Shown: one piece after another, positions 18,466-27,505 of the stretch
Layout of the letters: each line of letters opens with the position of its first letter
How positions within the stretch are numbered: position 1 is the stretch's first letter
Source: Candidatus Uhrbacteria bacterium
GTDB lineage: Bacteria; Patescibacteriota; Patescibacteriia; UBA9934
Assembly: GCA_018664485.1 (NCBI GenBank)
Contig: JABJOE010000006.1
Location: 7,294 to 71,293, forward strand
Length of the DNA stretch: 64,000 nucleotides
Direction: 5' to 3'
Notes under the pieces: generated by a model
Seen by the model: the letters and a program-made list of their open reading frames with translations, nothing else
Databases searched by the model: none
What the model was told of the DNA's origin: nothing
Position numbers and translations under genes: made by a program

Positions 18466-18837
18466 CTATTTTGTTCGCTTTCGAACAGCGCCATGAATAA
18501 TTCCAGCGATTACAAGGTCGATCAACACGAACCAAAGGAATGAATCTCCGCTAATTCCCCAGTACGAAATTTCAGCGATCCATGAATAAAGTCCGATCGC
18601 CGCGTCAAGCAACACGAGTACAAAGAAGAACCATAGAAGATCCGACTTGCTATGTTTTCCAACTGCCTGCCAGTTTAAAAGCGCAAGCGCCGCTGTACCA
18701 ACGAGTGCTACAGCTGAAATCCATAACTCAACTTCGAATGCACCAATAGTAGCTGGCGCCTGAAACGCTAAACGCATTGCGTGTAGCGCTGCCACGGAAG
18801 TGAAAACCGCCGTGTTAACGATATGTATTTTTTTCAT
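18466..18837 (-). CDS. Hypothetical small integral membrane protein (about 4 TM helices).
   Basis: 123 aa, highly hydrophobic segments. No recognisable family. Confidence 0.5.
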   Translation of the reverse strand: MKKIHIVNTAVFTSVAALHAMRLAFQAPATIGAFEVELWISAVALVGTAALALLNWQAVGKHSKSDLLWFFFVLVLLDAAIGLYSWIAEISYWGISGDSFLWFVLIDLVIAGIIHGAVRKRTK

Positions 18838-18904
18838 ATGTTTTTAGTATACAAAACAACAGCAACTTCTCCCAGAAATTACTGCACAGCTTGATCTCTA
18901 GGGT

Positions 18905-18933
18905 TGACAAAAAGGCAATATTGCACTATGGTC
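18905..18933 (+). promoter_or_regulatory. Sigma70-like promoter for the 18949 gene.
   Basis: TTGACA, 17-nt spacer aaaaggcaatattgcac, then TATGGT. Sits just upstream of 18949. Confidence 0.4.
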
Positions 18934-18948
18934 CACGCAGAACTTTAA

Positions 18949-19299
18949 TTGGAGTCCAAATTGACCACAGCAGCAATCGCAATGATCTCTATGTATAGCG
19001 GCGTGATGATCTCAGCTTTCGGGATTGTGTTGTCGCTTTGTTCCTCCACCTCCGCAATCCGCGATTTTGTAGGTCGGCTGCTGATTACCATCGGCTGCGT
19101 GATCATGACGACCGGCTATCTAGCTGTAGGCGTCGTAGATTTTGTTCACACCCCTCCACAAGACCTGCAACCTCTTCCAATCTTCTTCACATCATTCCTT
19201 GGAGTGGCCCTCATCTTTCTCTGCTTCTCTACAGCGTCCGATGCCATGTCCATGATTCGCGGCAAATGGGTAAAACGGCGCGAACTACCGACACCCTAG
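18949..19299 (+). CDS. Hypothetical membrane protein.
   Basis: 116 aa with 3 hydrophobic helices. Preceded by the promoter above. An alternative overlapping frame 19038..19376 is less protein-like (Arg/Ser-rich). Confidence 0.4.
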   Translation: MESKLTTAAIAMISMYSGVMISAFGIVLSLCSSTSAIRDFVGRLLITIGCVIMTTGYLAVGVVDFVHTPPQDLQPLPIFFTSFLGVALIFLCFSTASDAMSMIRGKWVKRRELPTP

Positions 19300-19352
19300 A
19301 CTGCGTACACCTCGTAACACCTCCCTACCACTGGTCGGGGGGTGTTGAACGT

Positions 19353-19826
19353 TTAATAGCTGTAATCAATTTCTGAATCCTTCCAACCAATGTCGCTGTA
19401 TGGCTCGTTCTTATTTACGAGCGTAAACATATATTTGTAATAATCGATAACGTCGTCAGGGATATTGTCTAGCGGAGCCCAAACGAGCTCACTACACTTA
19501 TGCGGCTCGGCGTTTGTAGGCTCCCCCTCCAACTCTTTGCACATGAAAAAGAAATCAACACGCTCGTGATCATCGCATTGACGATGCATCGTGTGTGCCA
19601 ACTTTAAATTCTTTGGATCTAAATTAAGCCCCGCTTCTTCTTTTGCTTCTCGGCACATTGCGTCAACCATCCTCTCACCTCCGTCTACATGTCCTGCAGG
19701 AAGTCCAAGTTCACCATCTTTAAATCCGGTGTTATGTCGTCTAAGTAGCAAAACTTCGTCCTTGTCATTAATGAGAAGAAGATACACCGACGCTATCATG
19801 CGGAACTTATCTTTCCAGTTCGCCAT
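19353..19826 (-). CDS. NUDIX hydrolase.
   Basis: 157 aa. Nudix box GHVDGGERMVDAMCREAKEEAGL (Gx5Ex7REUxEExGU). Confidence 0.8.
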   Translation of the reverse strand: MANWKDKFRMIASVYLLLINDKDEVLLLRRHNTGFKDGELGLPAGHVDGGERMVDAMCREAKEEAGLNLDPKNLKLAHTMHRQCDDHERVDFFFMCKELEGEPTNAEPHKCSELVWAPLDNIPDDVIDYYKYMFTLVNKNEPYSDIGWKDSEIDYSY

Positions 19827-19827
19827 A

Positions 19828-20445
19828 CTAGTTAAGCTGCAATGTAATCTCGCCAGAAACCGTATTTACTCTCACGGCAAAAGAAAACTCGTCGTCAACA
19901 CATTCATTCGTGCAGTACGAGTGCACACCTTCATACGTTGCAATGTACAAACCGTCTACCGTCTCTTCCGCTACCAAACACGCACTACCATCTAGGTGAG
20001 CGTACAGTCCTATGATTTGCGTACGCAGCAAAGCGTCAACAATCTCGCTTGGAGAAACTTTTTCGAGCAACTCTTGAGTCGCTGTCGTAATTACAACTTC
20101 ATCTTCCCCTTCACCAAAACCAGTAGCACTATGAACTGAAACATCACCAAACATCTGCTCATCAACGAAAATTTCCCCCGTCGAATCCTGCCACAGTACT
20201 TGCTCATCGCCGAGTGTCCAATCATTTAAAATATTTAACGGCGCCAGATCGGTACCACTAATTTCCCGCGCCGTAATTAATGTCTGCTCGTAACGGTCGA
20301 AAGAGTCTTGTGTAATTGATTCTGCTAAGCACTCACCTTCCCCAGACAACACAACATCCCCAGATTTATTGTCCGAGTAATAAACAGCTAGCCCGATAAT
20401 GAGAATAAAAGCTAGAACGCCGATTGCTAAAATCATTTTTTTCAT
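19828..20445 (-). CDS. Hypothetical secreted or membrane-anchored protein.
   Basis: 205 aa. N-terminal signal/anchor MKKMILAIGVLAFILIIGLAVYY. Start is 1 nt from the Nudix gene's end. Confidence 0.55.
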   Translation of the reverse strand: MKKMILAIGVLAFILIIGLAVYYSDNKSGDVVLSGEGECLAESITQDSFDRYEQTLITAREISGTDLAPLNILNDWTLGDEQVLWQDSTGEIFVDEQMFGDVSVHSATGFGEGEDEVVITTATQELLEKVSPSEIVDALLRTQIIGLYAHLDGSACLVAEETVDGLYIATYEGVHSYCTNECVDDEFSFAVRVNTVSGEITLQLN

Positions 20446-20462
20446 ATTTATTTCAAAACTTT

Positions 20463-20996
20463 TTAAACAAACTCAGTTAGCCTTCTCTCAACCATCTCGA
20501 CAACTTCATCGATAGACAAATTACTTGTATCAATTCTTTCGACTGAAGAGTCATCGACTCTATGTTCGTGATACCACGCGATGTTACGTTCCACACGAGA
20601 GCGAGGACTTGGTGGATTCGGGCTACTTTTCTGACGCGCGAGGACACGTCTCATCGCCGTCTCATCGTCGGTGAATAGTTCAATATGCAAAAACTTATAG
20701 CCAAACTCTTCTGCGATCTTTCGAAACTGTGCAGGTTCTTCGGGCCTCAACGTTTGTGGAAGAACGATACTTATTCCATGCTTACAGTAATTTCTGGTAA
20801 GTGATCGCACACCATCACGAACGATAGCGTTATCGCCGTCGCCACGTACAAAGTCTGAAATCTGCCACTTAATATCATCCATATCAAAGACAGCTACACG
20901 CGAAAGCTTTTCCTTAAGCTTCCTACCGACCGTAGTTTTTCCAGCACCAACCATGCCGGAGATGAGTAATATGAATTGTGTATTGAGTGCAATCAT
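20463..20996 (-). CDS. P-loop NTPase / small-molecule kinase-like protein (AAA_33 / zeta-toxin-like fold).
   Basis: 177 aa. Walker A LISGMVGAGKTTVGRKL at the N-terminus. Confidence 0.65.
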   Translation of the reverse strand: MIALNTQFILLISGMVGAGKTTVGRKLKEKLSRVAVFDMDDIKWQISDFVRGDGDNAIVRDGVRSLTRNYCKHGISIVLPQTLRPEEPAQFRKIAEEFGYKFLHIELFTDDETAMRRVLARQKSSPNPPSPRSRVERNIAWYHEHRVDDSSVERIDTSNLSIDEVVEMVERRLTEFV

Positions 20997-21532
20997 GCGT
21001 CGATACTATCCTCAGGTGAGCCATCTACTATTCCCAACTCTTTCAAAACTTTTGGATTCATAATTGCCGGAAGAGCCTGATCGCTCCCCTGAACTAAACC
21101 GGACATAACAGCAGCCCTATCAAGGACGTCCTCATATACCTCCAGTTCCTTCAACCTTTTTGACAAAAGATTGAATTCTGTTTTGGCGTTTGCAAAAACA
21201 GGATCCTTCATTGCCCTCTCTAACAATGAATACATGCGTATAGCCCTCTCACTCATTTTGTCTTTATATAAATCGCTTACTCCAGGCTCATCTACAATAT
21301 CCTGTATTTCCTTTATGACTGCTCGTATATCCGTAATAGTATCCGGCTCAATACCATCCCTCCACTCTAAAGGTTTTTCTTTTTGCCGTTTTAGAATATC
21401 GAGTAACTCAGCGATCCTATCCACTACAGCCTTCATCTCAACACGAGCATGAGAGAAGTCTCTAATATCCTCACTCCCATCTGGTTTTACACGAAAACCT
21501 CTTTCTGAAAATCCCGGTGAGCCAACCCCCAT
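20993..21532 (-). CDS. Hypothetical protein.
   Basis: 179 aa. 4-nt overlap with the downstream kinase gene and 2-nt spacing from the GatB/YqeY gene (operonic). No known motif. Confidence 0.55.
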   Translation of the reverse strand: MGVGSPGFSERGFRVKPDGSEDIRDFSHARVEMKAVVDRIAELLDILKRQKEKPLEWRDGIEPDTITDIRAVIKEIQDIVDEPGVSDLYKDKMSERAIRMYSLLERAMKDPVFANAKTEFNLLSKRLKELEVYEDVLDRAAVMSGLVQGSDQALPAIMNPKVLKELGIVDGSPEDSIDA

Positions 21533-21534
21533 AT

Positions 21535-22008
21535 TTATTCCTTCGGTGCAATTAACCGCGCAACAATCTCGCGAACACGATTACCGTCAACGTTACCTTT
21601 TAATTCCTTCATTACAGCTCCCATTGCTTTCCCCATTCCACCGGCGTCCCCATCTTCCATTTCATCCACAACTTTTTGCACAGCAGCCTCCAAATCCTCG
21701 TCACTCATCTCGGGTGGCAAGTACTTCTTTAAAACTTCAATCTCTACGCGAGCTGCCGCAGCTAAATCCTCACGCTCCCCTTTTACAAACTCCCCAAGAG
21801 CATCGTTCATCTTTTTAACATCAGAACGCACAACGGAAATCACATCCGCATCTTCGAGCTCGCGCTTAAACTCAATCACCTGATTCTTCAAAGAAGCCAT
21901 CAGCATGCGAAGTATGCTAAGCGTCTGCGTGTCCTTAGCTTTCATCGCGACAACTAGGTCGGCTTGAATATCTTTAAATAAACTCATATTGCAATGGTTA
22001 TAGTACAC
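21535..22008 (-). CDS. GatB/YqeY domain protein.
   Basis: Central ...LKKYLPPEMSDEDLEAAVQKVVDEM...GMGKAMGAVMKELKGNVDGNRVREIV... is typical of the YqeY/GatB C-terminal domain. The true start may be the internal Met (MSLFKD, nt 21987). Confidence 0.8.
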   Translation of the reverse strand: MYYNHCNMSLFKDIQADLVVAMKAKDTQTLSILRMLMASLKNQVIEFKRELEDADVISVVRSDVKKMNDALGEFVKGEREDLAAAARVEIEVLKKYLPPEMSDEDLEAAVQKVVDEMEDGDAGGMGKAMGAVMKELKGNVDGNRVREIVARLIAPKE

Positions 22009-22183
22009 CTCTAATGGTAAGAGTTGATCGACTGCGGGTCAAGTAACATGTGGCCAAGGCTCTGCAGAAAATAAAGCGATGCGTGGGCATAGTCCTTACA
22101 AGTAACCGTATTTTGCGTTAACTTTAATGAGTGAAGGGAAGATAAATTTAAAACAGGTTTACGGATCGAGTCCTTATACGACC

Positions 22184-22343
22184 AGACCTCTACATACGCA
22201 CATGTTCTGCATTCATTTCATATGGATGTTTGAGCGAAACGAATGACGACCGAGGAGGCATAGTAGAACTATACCGACGAGGTTGGAGTTTGTTGTAGCC
22301 AAATCATACAATGAATGCAGAACATGGGCGTCTGTAGAGGTCT
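22184..22343. repeat. 160-bp element bounded by 34-nt terminal inverted repeats (2 mismatches) with a 91-nt spacer. Candidate MITE-like element or long-hairpin structured RNA.
   Basis: Left arm agacctctacatacgcacatgttctgcattcatt (22184-22217). Right arm caatgaatgcagaacatgggcgtctgtagaggtct (22309-22343) is its reverse complement apart from 2 substitutions. Located in a 370-bp non-coding gap. Confidence 0.5.
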
Positions 22344-22344
22344 A

Positions 22345-22380
22345 AAAACAAAACGAGGCCGTTAGGCCTCATTTGTTTTT
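22345..22380 (-). terminator. Rho-independent (bidirectional) terminator after rpsU.
   Basis: gaggcc-gtta-ggcctc hairpin flanked by an A-run and a T-run, immediately after the rpsU stop. Confidence 0.6.
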
Positions 22381-22627
22381 AACGACGACGTCCTCGGCGC
22401 TTGTCCTCTACAAGCTTACCGATACGAACGAGCCATTCACGCTTCTCCGCTTTTTTGAGCGATCGAAGCTTAGAAGCTTTACGCTTGTTACTTGCATCCT
22501 TGGTCTTATGAAATCGACCAGACTGCAAAGTAAAGCGTTTTCCGCTTCGTTGGTAGCGACGAGTCCATCGGCGGAATGCCGCTTCAAAACTCTCACCTTT
22601 CTTTCTTTTTACGTATATATCAGACAT
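22379..22627 (-). CDS. rpsU: 30S ribosomal protein S21.
   Basis: 82 aa. MSDIYVKRKKGESFEAAFRRWTRRYQRSGK... and a basic C-terminus. Confidence 0.85.
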   Translation of the reverse strand: MSDIYVKRKKGESFEAAFRRWTRRYQRSGKRFTLQSGRFHKTKDASNKRKASKLRSLKKAEKREWLVRIGKLVEDKRRGRRR

Positions 22628-22759
22628 AGAATTTGTGCCAAGATAATAGCTAATTGCAATAATTATGTCAAGCCAAAAACCCTAGATTATTTATAAATTT
22701 GTAGTATTAGCAGCTAGTATGTGTATACTCTACCTATTATCAAGTTTTAATTACTTTCT

Positions 22760-24820
22760 ATGACGCTTCGTATTTCATCAATTTCGCTGCTATTTGCAGC
22801 TTTTATACTCGCACCCTTCAGTCAGGCGCTTGCCATTGCAGGCTCAGACTCCTGGTATGACACCTATTCTGACGGTACAAATTTCGTATATTACGGGATA
22901 ACTTCAGATGACGATACTATCTATGCAGTTGGATACACAGGTGCCATTGCAACTTCAACAAATGGAGATGATTGGGATTTGCAAAATATAACAACCGAAA
23001 GCCTCTACGACGTAGCGGAAAGTGACTACGGAATAGTTGCTGTCGGAGGGGGTGGAGAAATTTATACATCAATAGATAGCGGAGACTCGTGGCAAAGCCA
23101 AACATCTCCGACTACAGCTGACTTATTGGCTGTTGAATTCCGTGGTAACAAAGGATATGCAGCCGGAAGCAGTGGAATATTAATCACAACGATTGACGGT
23201 GGTCAAAGTTGGTCAACGGCTCTTGCGACCTCATCAAACAGTTTTCACGGTATGCATGTTGGTGTTGGTGAATCATGGATGGTCGGATCATCTGGAACTA
23301 TCAATAACAACGGAGCATTCGCAGGATTATTCGGAGCACAAACAAGCGGCGTTGGAAATAACTTATTCGATGTATATTTCCAAGATGATGATTTGACAGG
23401 TTGGGTAGTTGGAACAACTGGAACACTTCTTGCAACTACGGACGGTGGGTCAACGTGGTCAGCTGCCACATCTGGTACCTCTGAGCACCTATACTATATT
23501 GTTGGCGACGATGAAGATGATGACCACTTCTACATCGTGGGGGAAAATATTCTCATGGAAACGACAGACGCTGGTGCAAGTTTCGACACAGTAACTTTCA
23601 GTACCTTGTCTTTATACCAGATGATTGCCGGTACAGTTTTTGAAGACAAGATGTACCTCGCCGGACTCGATTCAGGCGGAGGCGTCGTAGTAACTACGGA
23701 TACAAACGCACCAACAGCGCCCGCTATTATTGGCGTAGACCCAACCTCCCCAACCGCTGAAACTGACATTACCTTGAGCTGGCATACAACTTCAGACGAT
23801 GAAACAAGCATTGACGAGTATCTTGTATACCTAGACGGTGTATATGTAGATTCACCAATTGTATTTCTTTCCGGTAGCTACGAATTCACAGGCCTCGCTG
23901 AAGGAAGCTACGAACTTGGAGTGAGCGCTAAAGATGATGCCGGCAACGAAAGCGCGATCAGTACAGAAACGGTTGTAGTTGATCAGTCAGGTCCATCTAT
24001 TACAAGCGAGAGTCCAACGGAAGCTACTGTCGACACAGCGGTTAGTGTATCTGCAACAGTTACAGACTCACTATCAACTATCGACGGTTGTGCCTTGTAC
24101 ATCGATTCAGTATCGAGCGGAAGCATGAGTGCAAGCGGAAGCACATACTCACTAAGCCAGACATTCACTTCTACCGGTGATTACAGTGCATACGTTGCAT
24201 GTGACGACACTGTTGGAAACATCTCGGTTGGATCTACCTGGACAATCACCGTAAGTGAAGATAGCGGATCAGGTTCTGGTTCGGGTGACAGTGGCTCAGG
24301 AGATTCCGGCGATAGCGGGGACTCTGATGATAGTGGAGACGTTGAAGAGTCAGCAGATACAAGCACACTTATTAAGATGCAGTGTGAAGGTGGCGAAGCT
24401 GCAGACGATCCATGTAAAGCTGTTTACTACTACGGATCAGACGAAATGCGTCACGCATTTACAAACGAAAAAGTTTACTTCACTTGGTACGAAGACTTCG
24501 ATGATGTGATCGTTGTAACAGACGAATTCATGTCTTCAATTAGTCTCGGACCAAATGTTACTTATCATCCAGGAACCAAGATGGTTAAGTTCCTGACTGT
24601 AAACACGGTGTACGTTGTGGAGCAAGGTGGTGTGCTTCGTGGAATTACAAGCGAAGATGTTGCAACTGACCTTTACGGATCAGACTGGAATACAAAGATT
24701 GATGATATCTCAGATGCATTCTTTGGAAACTATTCCTTTGGAGATGATGTGGACGACGCATCCGATTATGACGTCGATGATGCGTTAGACTCCGTAAGCT
24801 CTCTCGACGACAACTTCTAA
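22760..24820 (+). CDS. Secreted protein with BNR/Asp-box (Ycf48/sortilin-like) beta-propeller repeats, an Ig/FN3-like middle, a Gly-Ser-Asp linker and a C-terminal domain of unknown function.
   Basis: 686 aa. Signal peptide MTLRISSISLLFAAFILAPFSQALA. Repeated S/TxDxGxxW motifs (TSIDSGDSWQS, TTIDGGQSWST, TTDGGSTWSA, TTDAGASF). Linker GSGSGSGDSGSGDSGDSGDSDDSGD. Confidence 0.75.
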   Translation: MTLRISSISLLFAAFILAPFSQALAIAGSDSWYDTYSDGTNFVYYGITSDDDTIYAVGYTGAIATSTNGDDWDLQNITTESLYDVAESDYGIVAVGGGGEIYTSIDSGDSWQSQTSPTTADLLAVEFRGNKGYAAGSSGILITTIDGGQSWSTALATSSNSFHGMHVGVGESWMVGSSGTINNNGAFAGLFGAQTSGVGNNLFDVYFQDDDLTGWVVGTTGTLLATTDGGSTWSAATSGTSEHLYYIVGDDEDDDHFYIVGENILMETTDAGASFDTVTFSTLSLYQMIAGTVFEDKMYLAGLDSGGGVVVTTDTNAPTAPAIIGVDPTSPTAETDITLSWHTTSDDETSIDEYLVYLDGVYVDSPIVFLSGSYEFTGLAEGSYELGVSAKDDAGNESAISTETVVVDQSGPSITSESPTEATVDTAVSVSATVTDSLSTIDGCALYIDSVSSGSMSASGSTYSLSQTFTSTGDYSAYVACDDTVGNISVGSTWTITVSEDSGSGSGSGDSGSGDSGDSGDSDDSGDVEESADTSTLIKMQCEGGEAADDPCKAVYYYGSDEMRHAFTNEKVYFTWYEDFDDVIVVTDEFMSSISLGPNVTYHPGTKMVKFLTVNTVYVVEQGGVLRGITSEDVATDLYGSDWNTKIDDISDAFFGNYSFGDDVDDASDYDVDDALDSVSSLDDNF

Positions 24821-24844
24821 ACCACAACAACGAAGACAAACAAA

Positions 24845-24880
24845 AAAACCGCCGGCTAACGCTGGTGGTTTTTACTTTAA
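24845..24880 (+). terminator. Rho-independent terminator after the 22760..24820 gene.
   Basis: aaaaaaccgcc...ggtggttttt stem with one G·U pair, followed by a T-run. Lies between convergent genes. Confidence 0.5.
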
Positions 24881-24929
24881 ATGCGAAACGCCACTCAGTC
24901 CACGATGGAACCGAGCGGCATGAGTTGCC

Positions 24930-25748
24930 TCAGACTAGAATAGCTACATTCTGTACTGAAAGACTTCGCAGATAGCGATCTGCAAGCAACAGAGCTGTAA
25001 GCGTGTGCATATCACACAAAGTTGAACCGATCATTCCGGGCACATCGGCGATAGGAACGAGGCGAGACTTGTGATCAACCTCTCCATCATAGCGACCGAG
25101 ACTAGGCATATCTTGTTCCGGCGGGAATACTACGCTCACCAGAAAGATATCCGGCGCCGCACTATCTGTTCCCGTGTTCTGAAAAACCTTTCCAAGAGAA
25201 GCTACGGAGCGGATACCTACAACCGCATCATCGCCAATCTCCTCAGACATCTCGCGAAGAAGCACCCTTACTCCAGGTACTCTCAGGTCTTCAAGCGAGC
25301 CTAACGAGCTACCTCCGCTCGAATACTGAACATCTTCATCTTCAGTGAAGCCACGAGGAAGTCCCGTGACCCAATCACCAACACTATGACGCCACTCCTT
25401 GACTAGTGCCAGGTACTGCACCCCTCTATGCTCGATAATGACAACGAACACCGCACCGTCACTCACAGCGCCGTTTGCGTTGTAACGCATCGGCAGTTCT
25501 ATGATGCGACCATCCTTCAGGCACACCGCACAGTAGATAGTCCGGTGAAACCTAGGTGTACGTTCATCGACATGGTAGATGCCGAGAATCAACTGCTCGC
25601 CATCATTCCCACCAATACTTTCACGCGGCTTGAGACCACGATCTGACAACCAGAGATTGAGCGCAGCAAGGCGTTCATCTGGATCCTTGATCATCGCCTC
25701 CAGCTCATGACCTTTCTCAACGAACAAAGAATGAATATTCACTGTCAT
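24930..25748 (-). CDS. Hypothetical protein with a possible degenerate Nudix-like segment. By eye its GC is higher than the flanking genes.
   Basis: 272 aa. ...GLPRGFTEDEDV...VRVLLREMSEEIGDD resembles a split Nudix box. No confident family. Confidence 0.5.
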   Translation of the reverse strand: MTVNIHSLFVEKGHELEAMIKDPDERLAALNLWLSDRGLKPRESIGGNDGEQLILGIYHVDERTPRFHRTIYCAVCLKDGRIIELPMRYNANGAVSDGAVFVVIIEHRGVQYLALVKEWRHSVGDWVTGLPRGFTEDEDVQYSSGGSSLGSLEDLRVPGVRVLLREMSEEIGDDAVVGIRSVASLGKVFQNTGTDSAAPDIFLVSVVFPPEQDMPSLGRYDGEVDHKSRLVPIADVPGMIGSTLCDMHTLTALLLADRYLRSLSVQNVAILV

Positions 25749-25972
25749 ATCCCTCCATGAACACTGTTCCGAATATCCAGCCTGCTAGCCGAATTTCCTT
25801 TTCTCATCGACCTACCGGCAAACAAGAAGGGTCTAAACGTAAAAACGACCCCAGCCGCAGAGAGCTACATGCCCCAAGCGAGAAATCTTTTTAACACAAA
25901 AAAGCATGCGCGTCAACGTATAACCATTGTATTTGCGGCTTTTCTGCAATACCACCCACACTACTCCCAGAA

Positions 25973-25996
25973 CAAAAAAATCCCACTTTGGGATCT
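25973..25996 (-). terminator. Candidate terminator in the long gap downstream of hisS.
   Basis: atccca-ctt-tgggat hairpin followed on the minus strand by TTTTTTTG. About 135 nt after the hisS stop. Confidence 0.4.
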
Positions 25997-26130
25997 ATTC
26001 GCTCGTTTCGAAGGGTGTACTCATTTGAGACTAGCTCTAGGCGTAGGGAAAATGGTGAGAAGCCGTACTAACTGTACGGTGACGAACCATAGGGGCCCTA
26101 GAACAACGAGATAGTCCAAATGAGCAGCCC

Positions 26131-27456
26131 TTATTTCAACATCTTTTTTACTATCTCTACTACCTTGGCCGAATCCACAATCTCCTGACCACCTGACTCC
26201 ATATCGCGGATAATAATCGTACCGTCTAGAACCTCTTTCTGACCAAGGATCAAGGCAACACGAGCACCCTGCTTATCAGCAAGCTCGAGCTGAGCTTTTA
26301 GCGACCCCTTTCCAAATGCTTCTGCAATCGGAATCCCTTGTGTTCTAAAGTTATCAAATACACGAAGACCCGTTCGACGCGCAGCATCACCTAACTGACA
26401 GAAGAAAACTTGTACCTGTCGTGTATTAGGCAACTCAACCTCCTGGTGCTTCATGGCAAGAACGATTCTCTCGATTCCCATCGCCATTCCCATCGCAGGA
26501 GTCCCTTCACGTCCACCTAGAAGTTCAATCAAACCGTCATAACGTCCACCACCACCGATGGCGTTCGCATTCTTTCCTTCAAACTTCGTTGGCAAAATCT
26601 CAAATACTGTTTTGTTGTAATAATCGAGTCCACGCACCAAGAACGGATTAAGCTCATATGGCACCTCCATTTCATCCAAGTACTCAAGCACCTTCATGAA
26701 GTGTTCTTTTGAATTGTCATCCAACCAATCGACAATCTGAGGAGCGTCAATCTTCAACTCATCCATTCCCTCCGCCTTAGAATCAAGAAGTCGAAGTGGA
26801 TTCTTTGTAAGTCGCTTCTTATCAATGTCAGAAAGCTGCTTTCGGAACTGCTTGAAGTACGCAACCAACTCCATTTCATATTCACGACGGATCTCAGGTG
26901 TACCAATAGAGTTAATCTGGAACACAACTTCCAAACCAAGCTCTTTTAGAATCTGGTGACACATGATGATAATCTGTGCATCAATGATCGGTTCCTTTGA
27001 ACCAACAGCCTCCAATCCAAACTGCCAAAACTGTCTGTAGCGACCGGCCTGTGGGCGATCGTGTCTGAACATTGGCCCTTCGTACCACATCTTTACTGGC
27101 TGTGGACGATCAATCATTCCGTGCTCAATATATGCACGTGCAACAGACGCCGTTGCCTCTGGCCGAAGAACAACTTTGTTATTGCTCTGATCAACGAAAG
27201 AAAACATTTCTTTATCAATGATATCAGTTCCCTTTCCAACAGAACGTTCAAACAAACTAGTCTGCTCCAAAATCGGAAGACGAATACGGTTGAAGCTGTA
27301 GTCCTGTGCAATTCGAGTGATAACTTCCTCGATGCGCGCCCAGTACAACTCCTCTTCAGGCATAATGTCACGGAACCCTCGCAAGAGCTGTGGCACTTTA
27401 ATCTTCTTTTTCGGTACCTCCTCTTCTACCTTTTTTGCTGCTTTCTTTGGGGGCAT
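26131..27456 (-). CDS. hisS: Histidine--tRNA ligase.
   Basis: 441 aa. Class-II motifs ...RGFRDIMPEE..., ...VVLRPEATASVARAY..., ...GGGRYDGLIELLGG... Has a Lys-rich N-terminal extension. Confidence 0.9.
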   Translation of the reverse strand: MPPKKAAKKVEEEVPKKKIKVPQLLRGFRDIMPEEELYWARIEEVITRIAQDYSFNRIRLPILEQTSLFERSVGKGTDIIDKEMFSFVDQSNNKVVLRPEATASVARAYIEHGMIDRPQPVKMWYEGPMFRHDRPQAGRYRQFWQFGLEAVGSKEPIIDAQIIIMCHQILKELGLEVVFQINSIGTPEIRREYEMELVAYFKQFRKQLSDIDKKRLTKNPLRLLDSKAEGMDELKIDAPQIVDWLDDNSKEHFMKVLEYLDEMEVPYELNPFLVRGLDYYNKTVFEILPTKFEGKNANAIGGGGRYDGLIELLGGREGTPAMGMAMGIERIVLAMKHQEVELPNTRQVQVFFCQLGDAARRTGLRVFDNFRTQGIPIAEAFGKGSLKAQLELADKQGARVALILGQKEVLDGTIIIRDMESGGQEIVDSAKVVEIVKKMLK

Positions 27457-27505
27457 AGTAATTGTTTATATTTCTTGAGACTCTCTCCTAACTTATCTTG
27501 ATCTC

